Of a stretch of 64,000 nucleotides of DNA, positions 1 through 12,891 are shown one piece after another. The position numbers and the translations under genes were made by a program. The stretch's first letter is position 1; every line of letters begins with the position of its first letter. The notes beneath the pieces are model-generated. The model worked only from the letters and a program-made list of their open reading frames with translations, searched no databases and had not been told where the DNA came from. The stretch comes from Paecilomyces variotii (Eukaryota), in NCBI GenBank assembly GCA_004022145.1, contig RCNU01000004.1. The stretch is one strand, 5' to 3'.

Positions 1-509
1 GGTGGCCATCTATGAGCAGACGATCAAGGATCCCAAGCGCGAGACTTCTATTGCTCGTAGCAGCCAAGCTAATGCGAACAAGATTGAGATTGAAGCAGAA
101 GATATGCAAACCTTCCTAGCGAGCCAGGCAGAAGTGCTCGAACAGCTGAAGCAGGATGATGAGAAAGATCGTGCAGTTAGGAAAATACCCAAGCTGGAAA
201 TGTCTGCACTTGAAGATAATGGCCGTGTGAACGAACATATTGGACCCGTCCAATTTAACATGGGAGGTATCCAAGTGGATGCTGACGATATGCTCAGAAA
301 GCTCAAGGTGAGCAGGCAAATATCCCTTTCAGTATATGCCCAACAAACTGACATCTATGAAGGAGAGAGAAGCAAGTCGGGCACAGAAGAAAGAAGTACC
401 CGCGACATCAGTTGGTGATGAGAAAGCACACAACCAAGCTCTGGCGAGCTTCTTCGCCGGCCTGGTCAAGAAACCAGGAGGTAGCCCTCGCGGTAGTCCC
501 GCGCCTTGA
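1..509 (+). CDS. Cytoplasmic dynein light intermediate chain, 3' end (5' part outside window)
   Basis: EHIGPVQFNMGGIQVDADDML motif; intron 308-362 (GTGAGC...CTGAC...AAG) joins to last exon EREASR...NQALASFFAGLVKK...SPAP*, which contains the conserved LIC C-terminal amphipathic helix. Confidence 0.85.
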
Positions 510-847
510 TACCAAAATCACCTCTTGTAAATTCGCTTTTATTACTTCTATACCTTTTTTTGGGTACAGTATTTCCGCTATGAGTTGCGGGACCAATCAA
601 CCAACGCTTTCATTGAAACCTATACTCGACCCCATTCGCATCTAACTTTTCATCACTTTTATCTACACTCATATGGCAGAACAACATACATCAACTGCGG
701 GCAAGGCCGTAACTTAGCTGTGAGAATGGAACGCGGGATGAGTGTGAACTATGGCCGGTGGAATAGCGAAACGGAAGAATGAGTACAACGGGAGACAACA
801 GTACAGGAAGTGGGAATCCTTTCTTTTTTCTCTCTCTTTATTTTTCT

Positions 848-892
848 TCCTGAACAGGTCCTGAACAGGTCCTGAACAGGTCCTGAACAGGT
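848..892. repeat. Perfect tandem repeat (TCCTGAACAGG)x4
   Basis: Four exact 11-bp units read directly, between two convergent 3' ends. Confidence 0.95.
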
Positions 893-1294
893 GTCTTTTT
901 ACCCCACACCCTTGTTTTAGAATATTTCACCCACTTCTTGTATGTACGCTTCTGTACAGTATGATACCCTGAGAAGAGAATCTAATCAATCAATTGAAAT
1001 TGATATAATACTTTGTTTTCCGCTTTTCATTTAGTGTAAAGCCAAGTTCTATTCTATATTTAGTACATGATATGAGGGTGATTATGACGAGGCAATAATA
1101 GATGGTAACACAGGTAGTGTAGAAATAGATCGAGTCATTTGTCCACACGAAAAAAATAACATGTCGCGAAGACATAGGTCTGGGGACTCCTTCTTTCCTT
1201 CTCTCTCTTCTTTCGATTCAATCGAATCCAACTTTCTGCTCACGGGAAGATTTCCAGGAGTTCCCATATAACCAAGCGATGCAGAAGAAAGAAA

Positions 1295-3083
1295 TCACCA
1301 ATTCTCCCAGACCGCATCCGGCAGAACCGTTCTCATGATCTTCCAATGACCAATAGCACTCCGATCCTGGAACGCAGCGATATGATCCGTATCACTCGCC
1401 TTGAGGAGGCGTCGTCCTCCCTTCTCGACAGTCGAAAAGGCAGACGCGTCGATCTCATGTTTTGGCATCAGGTACGTCTCGCGGGCCTTGCTGCCTAGGA
1501 AGTCAGCCGACGTGGGGTTGCGGAAACGAATGGGCATGTCGGCGGATTTGGTGCAGAAGATGACCATGTTGGTGAAGTCGACGGCGGGGTGGTTTTCCAT
1601 GGCGGCGTCTTCGCGGAAGATGCGGCATGAGGGGAAGATTTCGTTGATGGTGCGGACGACGAGGCCGGCGGGGTAGAGGGTGAGGTCGCCGGCGAAGTTC
1701 TGTTAGAATTGTAAGTATTGGTTCTGAGGAGGAGAAGTGTTAGGTGGAAGGTGGGGAAACGAACAATGGCAATGACTCCGTTGTCCTTGAGCAAGTCGCT
1801 GAGCTCTTGGAGGAATTCAAGAGTGAAGAGGTTGATGGGTTCAGCGCCGCCGGTGAAGACATCGTGCACGATGTAGTCATATTGGGGCCTCGGTGAGGAT
1901 GCCAGGGACTTCTTGACGAACTTCTCCGCATCCTGGATGACGGCGGTATGGTTGGGCGGCAGGTGGAAGTACTTGTTAGCGAAGTAGTACACGACGGGGT
2001 CAATCTCGACAATCGTTGTGTCGATTCCGTGGCTGATTAGGGAGCCAGGAGTGGTGCCAATTCCGAGTCCACTGGTCCATGTCAGTTCGTTACGCGAAAG
2101 AGGTAATTGGGCGATATGATTTCTTACATCACAAGGGCCTTGCTGTCTCGATCAGCCGGACGTGGAGGCTCAGTCTCCACTAGTCTGACAGCCTCCAGCA
2201 TGGTAAACACTGCATAGATGGGGTCCTTGACCCTGGGGTTGTATTGTCCTGGGAGCTTGGTCCATTCACCACCGAGGAGACTGTGGTCGGCGCGCATGAC
2301 CCTGTAGCCCTCGTTGAGGTTGTCCAGGACGGAAATGTATCCAGTCAGAGAGTCTCTTCTGTCAATGAGATGGAAGCCATATGGCTCAATTCTCTCATTC
2401 AAGACCGCCGTTGTGTGTTTCGTGGGAATGTGCACATTGCTGTTGTAGTTTAACAGCAGCACTGGGATTGTTAGGAGCAGTGACTTGGAGGGAATAGTAA
2501 TAGCATAGAGCGCCGCAATCAGAAGCTGCAGACCGTAGCGGGTCAAGAGGAATCCTGAACCAATGACCTTGGAGATGAAGGTTTCTGATAGCCTCTCTGC
2601 CAAGTTGAAAATGACATAGGAAGCAATCAGCGGTCCATGCTCAGCTAGGGTTTCACCATAACGCTGGATCTCTGTGGCATACTGGATCAGCTTCCCTGAG
2701 GCAGCAACCGAAAGAGCCAGGAGAGGATAGTAGGTAAATGCTTCTGTGATCACGGGGCCAAATGGAGAACCCAACCACGAACTAAGCTTGAAGAGCAGGA
2801 ACTGGACAGCTGCGATTGAAACTGCTAGCACCGGAAGAAGGCGTGCGATCCTTCCGCGGGACATCTCATGGATGCGCTCTTTCAAGAACCATCCGAGGAT
2901 GGCGGTCACCGCCATTCCATAGCGGTGGAAAAGCTTCGTTGCGGCGCCTCCATATACAGGTGCGAGGTTCGCCACAGACACTGGAGAATATGCCGCAGCT
3001 AGAATCAGCAATGATAGTCCTTGGGCCAAAGCCTTCGGATGGGCAAGTATCATTTGCCTCAGAGCGGCGAGGGATATAGCCAT
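1295..3083 (-). CDS. Spermidine/spermine synthase-like SAM-dependent methyltransferase with N-terminal multi-pass membrane region
   Basis: ATG 3083; introns 2072-2127 and 1700-1764; hydrophobic N-terminal half, HSLLGG, SAM-binding IGLGIG, VEIDP, DYIVHDVFTGG motifs; stop at 1295. Confidence 0.85.
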
Positions 3084-3611
3084 AGTAGATGACTGAGGCA
3101 AATAATGTCTGCTACAGCTGCAACTTCCTACCAAGATATTTCTGAAGAAGCTGGCGTAGAAACCTCAGGCTGAAGGATCTGGTGCATTGTTAATTATTGT
3201 TTAGAAAACAATGGAGATGTAGAAAGGTGGCATCATATAAGCAAAATTTTCCAGATGTTGAGCGGCAGTGAAAGCACCAATCCTTGAAGGTAATGCATAA
3301 AGAAAACGATTGCAGAGATAAAAAGAAGAACATAGTGCACATACCTTTGAGAATATAGAATTTAGACGTCCATGTCCCAGCTGAACGTATCTTGGTTGCT
3401 TTTGGCCAAACGGACCAGCATGCTGCGAAAGGAGAGGTCAATTATTCCGCCGACTAGCGTTGTTTCGGCATTATTCTCCAGACTGCGGGCCCGCGTCATC
3501 CGGCTTGCCATCCCCGCCATATCTAATAAGCATTCTCCAGAGCTGAAGCTCGTTGTTGCTTCAGCAATATCAATATCTCCCGCAGGACGCTAACATCTAA
3601 GACGCTTGAAC

Positions 3612-4341
3612 ATGCCTTACTTTCCGATGAATACCGGCAAGAAAATTGAATCAGATGCGCCCAAGGAGGCACTACCTGAGCAGAGATCGGGACATACCAC
3701 GAACCCTCCGGCTTCAGTGATAGTCAAGAACCGCCGCAAGCGCTATCTTGACGCTCACCCGGAGTATTTCTCTGCTGACCTCGAGCTTGCCGGTCCGCTT
3801 GCGCTATCCTGTTTTTCATTGACCCAATATACACGAGTTGGGCTGCTTACTTGAAACAATGAGTGAACTGACACGCAGCTGCGCAGACCCATTATTATAC
3901 GATCGTCTAATCCGTCGATTCCAGACACCGGCAGAGAGGGAAGCCGAAGGTCGTGCCAAAGGATATTCCGGCGTGCTGGAGGCGGATCTGCGGAGGTCGG
4001 AGGCGAAACTGGAAGCTCTGGCTCATCCAGACCCCAATGCCATGCTTAGCTATAGCGTTGGACCTAACGGCGAGATCCTAGCAGAGGACCGAGATGACGT
4101 ACCTGAAGATAAGGAAGAGGGAGAAAAGAGGTGGCGTTGGGAAATGGAGATGCGGTTCTTGAAGGGTGCCGATTACGACTTCGATTATAAGACCGTTGAC
4201 GAAAATGACGAATACGACGACTGGGGTGTAGAGCAAGAACGGTATTTCGATGAGGAAGAGCCTGAGTGGATAGTCGACAAGTCAAATGGAGGCGAACCAA
4301 AGGCTAAACTGCAGGGAGAGACAGGCATACAGGATTTCTGA
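3612..4341 (+). CDS. CCDC97-like (DUF2052) protein
   Basis: VKNRRKRYL..HPEYFS exon, intron 3793-3886, then DPLLYDRLIRRFQ...RFLKGADYDFDYKTVDENDEYDD...QERYFDEE. Confidence 0.8.
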
Positions 4342-5695
4342 GATGCTATTGTTGCACTACGCATACAGCTTTTTGGATACACAGGCTCGCCAATCTAAAA
4401 AGCTCATCATAGAGACCCATTGTCCGCACCAGCCGCTCTACCTGCCGGTTCTGCTTATCGGTTTCGTCCGTTCTTCGGGAACATCTACAGTTTCCAATGT
4501 TCTCTGCCTTTGCTCAACGTGGCCCATGCCACCGGCTTCAACTGACGACCTGGCCACTCTTCATCGAACAGCATTACACAGACATTATCAGAGATCTTGA
4601 ACATCACGGGTGAGTAGGAGAGTGTCGTGGCCCGTGCTCTGACAGCACGGACAAACACGACTAAAATGTTTACAAGGGATTACACCTATTCCAGCGGACA
4701 GAAGTGTCCTCTTGATGCCAACCTGAATAGGGCTGGCTGTCCTCTTGAGGCGGTTCTTGCAACGACGTGGCCACAGATGTACCTCCGTACGGAAAACCCT
4801 ACATACGAACAGCTTTATAATGCTCATATTCTACTGAACTGAAGAAACTAGCATGTGGCTGTACAATAGTCAATCAATACATCCTCGGTATATATGCCGT
4901 GGGTCTAGGCGAAGCAAACTGGTTATACTCGGTGTCCCCTTAAATTATCACGAGTCTTTGCGCATTATTCTTAGCCCCCGCCTCCAGTGACACACGCAGT
5001 CTATCAACACTGTCGCAGCAGCTGGAGTAAGTTACTGTAAGTCATAGATGCGTGGCAGTCCCACGGATCATCCCAAGCTGTCCATGGAATTTGAGCGTCC
5101 CCTCCGTATAGGGTTTAGCAGTCACTATGTCACCGACGACAAAAGGGGAATGGGACATTCGATCAAAGAGGAATAACAATCGATAGATAATTACGAAATC
5201 TTATTAACCATCGAGGCATTATCAACTAGGCTATTTGCCTACCTGCCAGCCTGGTAAGACAACTCAAAGTCTACATGCTGAGAAGGTCGCAACTACCCTC
5301 ACAAGTTCTTTCTATTCAAATGACGCCAACAGGCAATCGCTTGGGCCTGCCTGCTGCCCGTCTCTGATATTCTCGATTCTCAATTTTTATTTGGATGAGT
5401 TGACATTGCACGCTACAGTTGATTTCTGTACATTCTTCCGGCAGAAAGTACGACCCTGAAACGTAGTTTCTTGGAAGAAATGCTTTGATCAAGTTGCAAA
5501 GTCCGTCAGACACTGTACAATTTGTCCTATTCTTGGATATATTCTGCCACACGGACTAAAGACCTCGCGTTGGATAATCACAACTGTCCCTTTTAACAGT
5601 TGAGATACACACAACCGAGCGAGGAGGGAATCCCAGAGACCCACGAGAGCCTGGGAAGTACAAATACTTAACTGTGAAGACTCCTCCATGCTGTG

Positions 5696-7546
5696 ATGTC
5701 GCAGGCCTACATATCTATAAAGGATCCGTTGCAGGACCATGGATTTCCATGTGGCGTGCCGCAAAAGAATCACTTGATATCTACCACTACAATAACAAAG
5801 TCCTTGGATATCCAGTCAGAGGTCCTACCTTATGATACCAAACGCAATCTCGAAGAACGAAGTCCTGGACCAACTGAGAGCATTGCCATGATGGATGAGT
5901 CACGCCCATTGGACATATCCTACTACTCTCCCACGCAAGCCCAGGTGGGTACGACAGATAAACTACAGTTACCGATCAAGCTTGACCAATTCGTGAAAGG
6001 AGGGGAAGGGGATCTTTCTGTCTGGTCAGATACTTCTCCCAGTGGTTGTGAGCAGGAGGAACGGTCACCAGAGGATGGGTCACCTCACTCATCACCGCTG
6101 AAAACCGCGTCGCGTTCTATCAAAGCTCTCTTTCGTCACATAAATCATTCCGCGCTGGACGAACCGTGCAGGGAAATGAGCACAGCATTGTCGCCAAAGG
6201 GTTCTGCTAGTCCGAGAAGATATCAACTGCCGTTTTCATCCCTGCGCCAGAATTCTCCATATGTTGGAGCTTTAAAGACCAGATCTCCCAGCTTAGGAGG
6301 ACCAGGAAATCGACCAGGGCCACCTGACTTTTCAATTCCTGCTGACTCTGGGGTTGGCTTGAAGGCACGTCGGATGAGTGCGAACGTCCCTGACGATTTC
6401 ATCGTAAACACGTGTGACCTTAGTGATGAGTTTACGACGGCCAGCAAAGTTCCAGGACGAAGAGGAAGAGAGATTGCAAAGGGCTCCACAGCTACTGTGA
6501 AGATTGTGTATAGAAAGGACTCTTCCAAGGATGTCCAATACGCTGTCAAAGAATTTCGCAAGTGTGGCAGTCAAGAAGACCAACTTGAATACAAGAAAAA
6601 GGTCAAGTCAGAGTTCAGCATTGCTAACAGTCTACACCACCCAAACATTGTCAAAACTGTACGTCTCTGTTCATATAGAGGCCGGTGGAACCATGTGATG
6701 GAATATTGCTCATATGGAGATCTCTTTTCCCTGGTTCAGAGGAATTATTTGCAGCGAGAAGACAATATGTGTCTGTTTAAACAACTTCTACAGGGCGTTT
6801 CTTACTTACATCGCAACGGAATAGCCCATCGGGATATCAAGCTGGAGAATCTGCTGCTGTCAGGTGAAGGACATCTTAAGATTACAGACTTTGGAGTGTC
6901 AGAAGTTTTCAGCGGCCTCCATCCAGGTCTAAGCGCTGCCGGTGGTCAATGTGGGAAGGAGATGGGCGAAGTGCGAAGATGTCCTCCAGGAATTTGCGGA
7001 AGCTTGCCGTACATTGCTCCCGAAGTTTTGGCAAAAAAAGGTAGGCACGGGCAAAGACCGTGTCACTTTCATGGGTATAACTGAATGCTAACAACCTATA
7101 CAGGAGAATATGATCCTCGACCACTTGATGTTTGGTCCTGCGCCATAGTCTGCCTTGCTCTCTGCTTCCGTGGAACTCCATGGGAGCTTGCAGACCCCAA
7201 AGATCTTAATTATGCTAAATTTCTGAGAGGTTGGGACATATTCATCGAAGCAAAACCGGACGGTATAGTCACAAATATGGAATATCCTTCCTGTGGAAGC
7301 ATGTTCCACGCTCTACACAAAGAATCGCTTAGGCGTCTCCTGTTGCAGATGCTTCATCCGGATCCAGACAGGAGAATCTCAATCCACGAAGCTGTGAAGG
7401 ACCGGTTTGTTAAGGGGATCGACTGCTGTTGCCCAGACTTCAATGATTTTCTCACTGTCACGCATGTCGATGCGGCAGGTAAGAATAGTTGCAGACTCGC
7501 CGGGAAGATGGTAGTACACAAAATGCATAACCACACCCCTCCTTGA
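5696..7546 (+). CDS. Ser/Thr protein kinase, fungal HAL/NPR/HRK type
   Basis: YAVKEFRK, HPNIV, HRDIKLEN, DFG, CGSLPYIAPE, EYDPRPLDVWS motifs; intron 7041-7103; true start uncertain (first in-frame ATG 5696). Confidence 0.88.
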
Positions 7547-7825
7547 GAAGGAGCCAAAGTCTGCAAACAGGGTGAGCAGGGGTGCCTGCCATATATCGTC
7601 TTGTTATAAGACATGCCGTCGCTTCCATATGTAGCTTGCATCGGTGCCTTACGCTTCGCTACTTTTCTCGCTAGTTTTGAGCCTTCATAGAAATGACCAA
7701 GGCCCTCCGAATCCTGTCTCCGCGACGCAGAGCGAAATAATAGCTTTGAATAATTTCCCATTTTTAGTAATTTACTGTTAAAATTTCTGTGTTTCACTCG
7801 CTGATTAAGATCTTAGTTATCCTCG

Positions 7826-10150
7826 CTAAACAGGAGTTGTATATGTTGCCTTTCCGGTTTCTGACCGTTCTTCTCCCCCATTTGAGTTCCTCTCCTTTAA
7901 AGATTGAATAGCCATTTCCTTCAGCTTGAACTTTTGAATCTTCCCACTGGCAGTCTTCGGAATTGCAGTCGGGCCAGGGAGGTAAAAGACATACTTCGGC
8001 ACTGCGTCTACATTAGCAAGTCACCTCTAGGGGACCTGGCTGTCTCTTGCATGAAGATATCCCATGAAGGAAAGATAGAGAAGAGAATCTCGATCGACTC
8101 ACCGAGGTGGTTACTGAGCCTCTCCCGTACCCATTGTTTAATCTCGTCGATAGTTATCGCTCCTTTGCCCTGGTCCTTGGGTACGACAAACGCACCGACC
8201 ACTTCTCCATATCTTTCGTCTGGAACGCCCACAACAGATACATCCAAGATGCCTGGATTTGAAAGAAGGGTGTTTTCAATTTCCAATGGGTGGATATTTT
8301 CTCCGCCACGGATGATCAGATCCTTGATCCGGCCAGTTATTGTAACATACCCATCGGGAGATATTGTTGCCTCATCCCCTGTCTGAGAAATAGGTCAGCT
8401 TAATATATCAATTACCAGGCTATTTAATGAGAAGGCTCACATGCATCCAGACCTTCCCATCTTGGTCTGCAACCATCACTTCGGCAGTTCTCTCCGGGGC
8501 ACCCCAGTACTCTTTCATGACAAGATAGCCGCTTACGACTAACTCACCTTTCGTATTCACAGGCAATATCTCACTGCGATTTGCAGGGTTCACAATCTTG
8601 GCCTCTACATGTGGCATCAGCCTCCCGACGCTCGAGATTCGCTTCTCCATTGGATCATCAGTTGCTGTCATTGCAGACACGGGACTCGTTTCAGTCATGC
8701 CGTAGCAAATTGTTAATTCCGTCAAATTCAGCGTCTTGTGGAGTTTTCTCATTAACTCAGCAGGGACGCTGCTGCCGGCAGCGATTCCTGTCCTAAGGTA
8801 CTGGAATCCTTCATATGGGACCTCGCCTTTCTCCAGGAGACTGAGTTCCTCGATAAACATGGTCGGTACACCATAGAGTGCGGTGCATTTCTCTTCCTGG
8901 ACAGCTTTCAAGGATGCAATGGCGTTAAATGACTCTGATGGAAATACGATGGCGGATCCGTGTGTAGCAGTCGCCATATAGCCTAATATACATCCGAAAC
9001 AGTGAAAGAGCGGTGGGGGACAACAGACCACATCGTTAGGTGTCAAGCGCATCCGATCGCCTATCTGGGCGCCATTGTTCAAGATTGATCGATGGCTTAG
9101 ACAAGCCGCCTTTGGCATTGATGTCGTCCCGGATGTAAACTGGATATTGACAATGTCATGTGGCGAGAGGTCTCGAGGGTCAAGTGGTCTGCCGTCCGAT
9201 GCCAGCTCAGATATAATGGATGAGTATGGTGTTAAGCTTTTATAAGCAGAGAGGTCGACTCGTCCGGACGAGTTATCCACCATTATAACTTGCTTCAATG
9301 ATGGTACCAAGGCTGATTCGATTTTCGGAGTCTCCAAATCGGGGAGAAGGTGTCTGAGAAGTGGGATGTTGTCACGAGGACCACGTCGGGGCAGGTTGGC
9401 TTCGGCACTGATGATCAAATGGCTCGCACTGAGGTGGCTGAGAGCGGCAGCAACTTGGCTGACGTTGAAGGACGGGTTCAAAGGGACCTGGGAATGATTT
9501 AGTCTGATGTTTTCTCAGAACAGATAGACAAGGACCCTCGAACATACCAGTATCGCTCCAAGCTTGAACAGAGCGTATGTAGCCTTTGAAACAAATGAGT
9601 TCCTGCATGGAGTTTCATAGAGAGATGGGTGTCGAATCATACAATTGCATATTCAATTGAATTCCCCAGCATCACCGCCACGCGATCGCCCTTCTGAACA
9701 CCGACGGATTCAAGACCTCGCGCGAGACTGTTGCTTTTGCCATCAAGACCATCGTATGTTAAGCGTGTATTTTGATGCTTTGCTATTACGCTTTGGTGAT
9801 GGGCTGGTCAGTCATATACCTGGGACGCAATTCTGGGGATGCCATAGCTTACGCTGGTCTATCTCCGTATTGATCAACAATTGAAGCGAAATGCTGTCCT
9901 ACTGTCTGTTCAAATAAGGGTGGCTATAAACAATCAAAATTGATGATATATGTCAGTTGACTTTTTTCTTTTGTTTCAGAATCGTCGTATCCATCGAATT
10001 ACTTACTTCTGAAGGACCACGAGCATAGCTCTGTGTTAAGAGACCTCTTCTCCCCGCGTAGATGGCAAAAGACAGGCTACCTGTCCGACAGCTTTTGTGT
10101 ATCCATTGCCGCGGTCCGATTCTACGCGGACGGAGATGGTATGCTCTCAT
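7826..10150 (-). CDS. AMP-dependent acyl-CoA synthetase (ACSF2-like), probably mitochondrial
   Basis: FTSGTTSMPK P-loop, YGMTE, TGD, RIKDLIIRGGENI, catalytic PKTASGKIQK; several GT-AG introns; Arg-rich N-terminus lacking acidic residues; stop at 7826-7828. Confidence 0.9.
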
Positions 10151-10225
10151 CCTTTGTCACCCTTGAATTCCAGCGCCCTGAGTCCCTAAGTTTTCATTAA
10201 GAAGAGGAGTAATCAGTTATCTCTA

Positions 10226-10341
10226 CCGAGGTAGGTGGCTAAGCTACCCCTTCACTCCCTAGTAAGTTGGTAAATAAGAGGAACAAGACAGGCAAATATA
10301 AGGGCCTCCAACGAGCAGGGATTGGTATTTATAGTAGTAAA

Positions 10342-10373
<32 letters not shown>

Positions 10374-10541
10374 ACAGAAACTAAGGAAACCCTGTCAAAG
10401 CAGCCCCTCGTACCTGGAACCCCATCACGCCCTTCGGCTTAGGTGCTCGGTTTCCCTCGGCCGTCACTACCTAGGTATGTATCTCTGCCGGCAAATCTGG
10501 GGTTTCCCCGCATGCAGAGTGGATCGCGCGGGGATCCGAGG
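10226..10541. promoter_or_regulatory. Three CCTCGG/CCGAGG (FarA/FarB-type) sites plus SYGGRG (CreA-type) sites upstream of the acyl-CoA synthetase
   Basis: CCGAGG 10226, CCTCGG 10455, CCGAGG 10536; CTGGGG/GCGGGG matches at about 10497-10533. Confidence 0.55.
10319..10374. repeat. poly(A) run followed by (GAA)n microsatellite
   Basis: A12 followed by repeated GAA units, read directly. Confidence 0.9.
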
Positions 10542-10811
10542 CGGGAATATTGTCTGAGCTCAGCTCGATTGAGGTTAGTCTCTGTGTTATGAATGTGGCC
10601 TTCGCGAATGTCATTCATGATCGGGCGTATTGCAGGGAGGGAGTTTTCTTTGAATGATCTAGAGTTTTTGACTAAGCTGAGTAGTAGGGAACTGATGTCG
10701 TAGATATGACCCGTGTGACTATATAGATCAATAATGAGGTAAACAAACGTCCCATGTGTGAGTGTATGGAAACCCCAAAGAAACTTGACCGGTCCAAAAA
10801 GCTCAAAAATA

Positions 10812-12143
10812 TTAGGGACTGTATATATGTGGTCCGGTAAGTGACTGGTCATTAGGTCCCGTTCGGCTATTATAACGACATGCTGCCGTTTTGCAGAGAC
10901 ACAAAGTATTATTGGCAGCAAAGTAGCCTTCCCCATAGTCTACAGTGATCTCTTCGAAAATGGAGATGTCTCGTATTGCCTCCACCGTCGTACAAATACG
11001 GTCACCAATCGTTCTCCTGCGAAACATTGTGGATGGATCGCATGAGTGGTTGATAAACCGAGTCCAATTGCCGTACTGTTTTGAAGATATAATTACTTCT
11101 CGACCCGGACAATTCACCTTTGGTTGCTGGAGCAGAGAGTAGATGGGGTCGTGCTTGTAATCCCTGGGTCGAAGCTCACCGAGGTATAAACCGAGGATAT
11201 CATCCCTCTTGAAGTTTGCTAATGCGCGAACGCCGATACCCTTCTCGCCGTATTGGACTATTTCCACTAGGTCGCCCGCGAGAGAAGGAACGGTACAATC
11301 GCATATGCTCCTTGAGCAACAGAGATCGCATTCGCCATCCGCTGGGACGCGAGTGGTAGGATCTCTTTTACCAAGTGGCCAATCACTAGAGCGGAATATA
11401 TATCGGTCGATGTGCTCTTGGAGCTTATCCTCATAGGTGGGGCAAGCTACACGACCATCTGTCATCCTGACAAGATGATGAGGATGCCCAATGGCAGTAA
11501 GATCGATGTCAGCGCGAGTGAGCGTTTCGTATATAGAGCGAGTGCGGTGATGCAGGAGCGGTCCACGCCACTCGAGACTCCTCGATCTAGCAAAGATTTC
11601 GAGACTTCGGCCATTCTGCGATATTTCTCCAAGGAGCATAATCCATTGCGTTCTGTCCATCTCCTCGCAAGCCCGTCGAAAAGCCTCCGAGTGTGCGCAT
11701 ATCGCAACTAATTTCCATCCAAGTTGCGTCACGAGTGCAACAGAACGCCGCTCTTTAGACCGACGTACTTGAGTTTCGATTTCACAGTCTAGATCGAAGG
11801 GTTCCAAGCCATGAGCATAAGCCATTTGTCCAACAACACGGTCAATGAAGGAGGCTGCATGGGTACACTCTGATATATATCTGACTATCCCATGGTGAGC
11901 TGCACCGGCTCCTCGTCGTGCTCTGAAGAACCTTCGTAGAATAGAAACATGGTTAATATCGAAGTAAATGGCTGCTAGAACCTTACGTCTTCGCTGCCTC
12001 ATTCTGAAGATCCGATTCTGATACGGTTCGCCGACGGAGTCGTCGCTCCTCGAGTGGTCACCATTAGTAGCGACTGTGAACTCCTGTATAGATGTATCCT
12101 GGAAATCTTCTGTCCCAAGAACGGAGCCTTCATTCGATGACAT
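10812..12143 (-). CDS. SET-domain protein (putative lysine methyltransferase) with Cys-rich pre-SET-like and post-SET motifs
   Basis: Long intronless ORF; CDLCCSRSICDC, KGIGVRAL, GNWTRFINHSCDP, EEITVDYG, post-SET CLCKTAAC; first in-frame ATG at 12143. Confidence 0.85.
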   Translation of the reverse strand: MSSNEGSVLGTEDFQDTSIQEFTVATNGDHSRSDDSVGEPYQNRIFRMRQRRRKVLAAIYFDINHVSILRRFFRARRGAGAAHHGIVRYISECTHAASFIDRVVGQMAYAHGLEPFDLDCEIETQVRRSKERRSVALVTQLGWKLVAICAHSEAFRRACEEMDRTQWIMLLGEISQNGRSLEIFARSRSLEWRGPLLHHRTRSIYETLTRADIDLTAIGHPHHLVRMTDGRVACPTYEDKLQEHIDRYIFRSSDWPLGKRDPTTRVPADGECDLCCSRSICDCTVPSLAGDLVEIVQYGEKGIGVRALANFKRDDILGLYLGELRPRDYKHDPIYSLLQQPKVNCPGREVIISSKQYGNWTRFINHSCDPSTMFRRRTIGDRICTTVEAIRDISIFEEITVDYGEGYFAANNTLCLCKTAACRYNSRTGPNDQSLTGPHIYSP

Positions 12144-12891
12144 TGTTGAAATTGATGCAAGTATGCTAAGATGATGAGAGAACCTCACTGAGTTGTTTGC
12201 CTCAACGACGTGACTGTGCTCTCCCGCTTCTGCTGCAATAACCCAGTTTACTTGAACCACATCTTCCTTTGCCCAGGAAGTTTGCTGGATGTCCCGAGAC
12301 AATAAGTTCACTATACAAAGGCTGGGTTTCTTAGATAGATGGTGATCCTGAATCTTTGTTCCACCCCAGATGCTATCGTCTCGGACATGTTAGTCTGGTA
12401 CTATGTATAGTACAAAGCATCCAAATGGCCACAGGTTCAGTCCAATAAAGTGGTAACTCTTAGAAGTTTCTATGGATAGTATCGATATACAACTGAACAA
12501 AGGGCAGATGCACGCTGTTGTGAGATGATGCAGGCGTTTATTTAGGACAACAGCCACATTGCAGAGCTGCATGCTGATAATAGAAATATGCAAACGTTTG
12601 AACCAGAATTAGCAATGATGGAAGTGATGTTGTTTTCTCTGGGATCCTGGATGGACTTCGGGGCTTGGCAGCCGATGTCACTCTCGATGCGGCGGGGAAG
12701 CTCTGACGGAAGGCGTCAACCAACGCGAGCTTCAGGACTTCCCTATGTCGCGTTGTGCAATACCGGGATCGCCTCCGGATAGTCGCATACTTTCAAAACA
12801 CTCATATATCGCCCTTTCACTACGCTCCGCGAGCTCCTCCCTATCTTCTCGCTTTCCTGACCGGGGTCGTTGAGTGGACAAGGCTCCAAAG

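Noticed and set aside
848-892. CRISPR-like array
   Set aside because: Eukaryotic DNA, 11-bp units with no spacers and no cas genes
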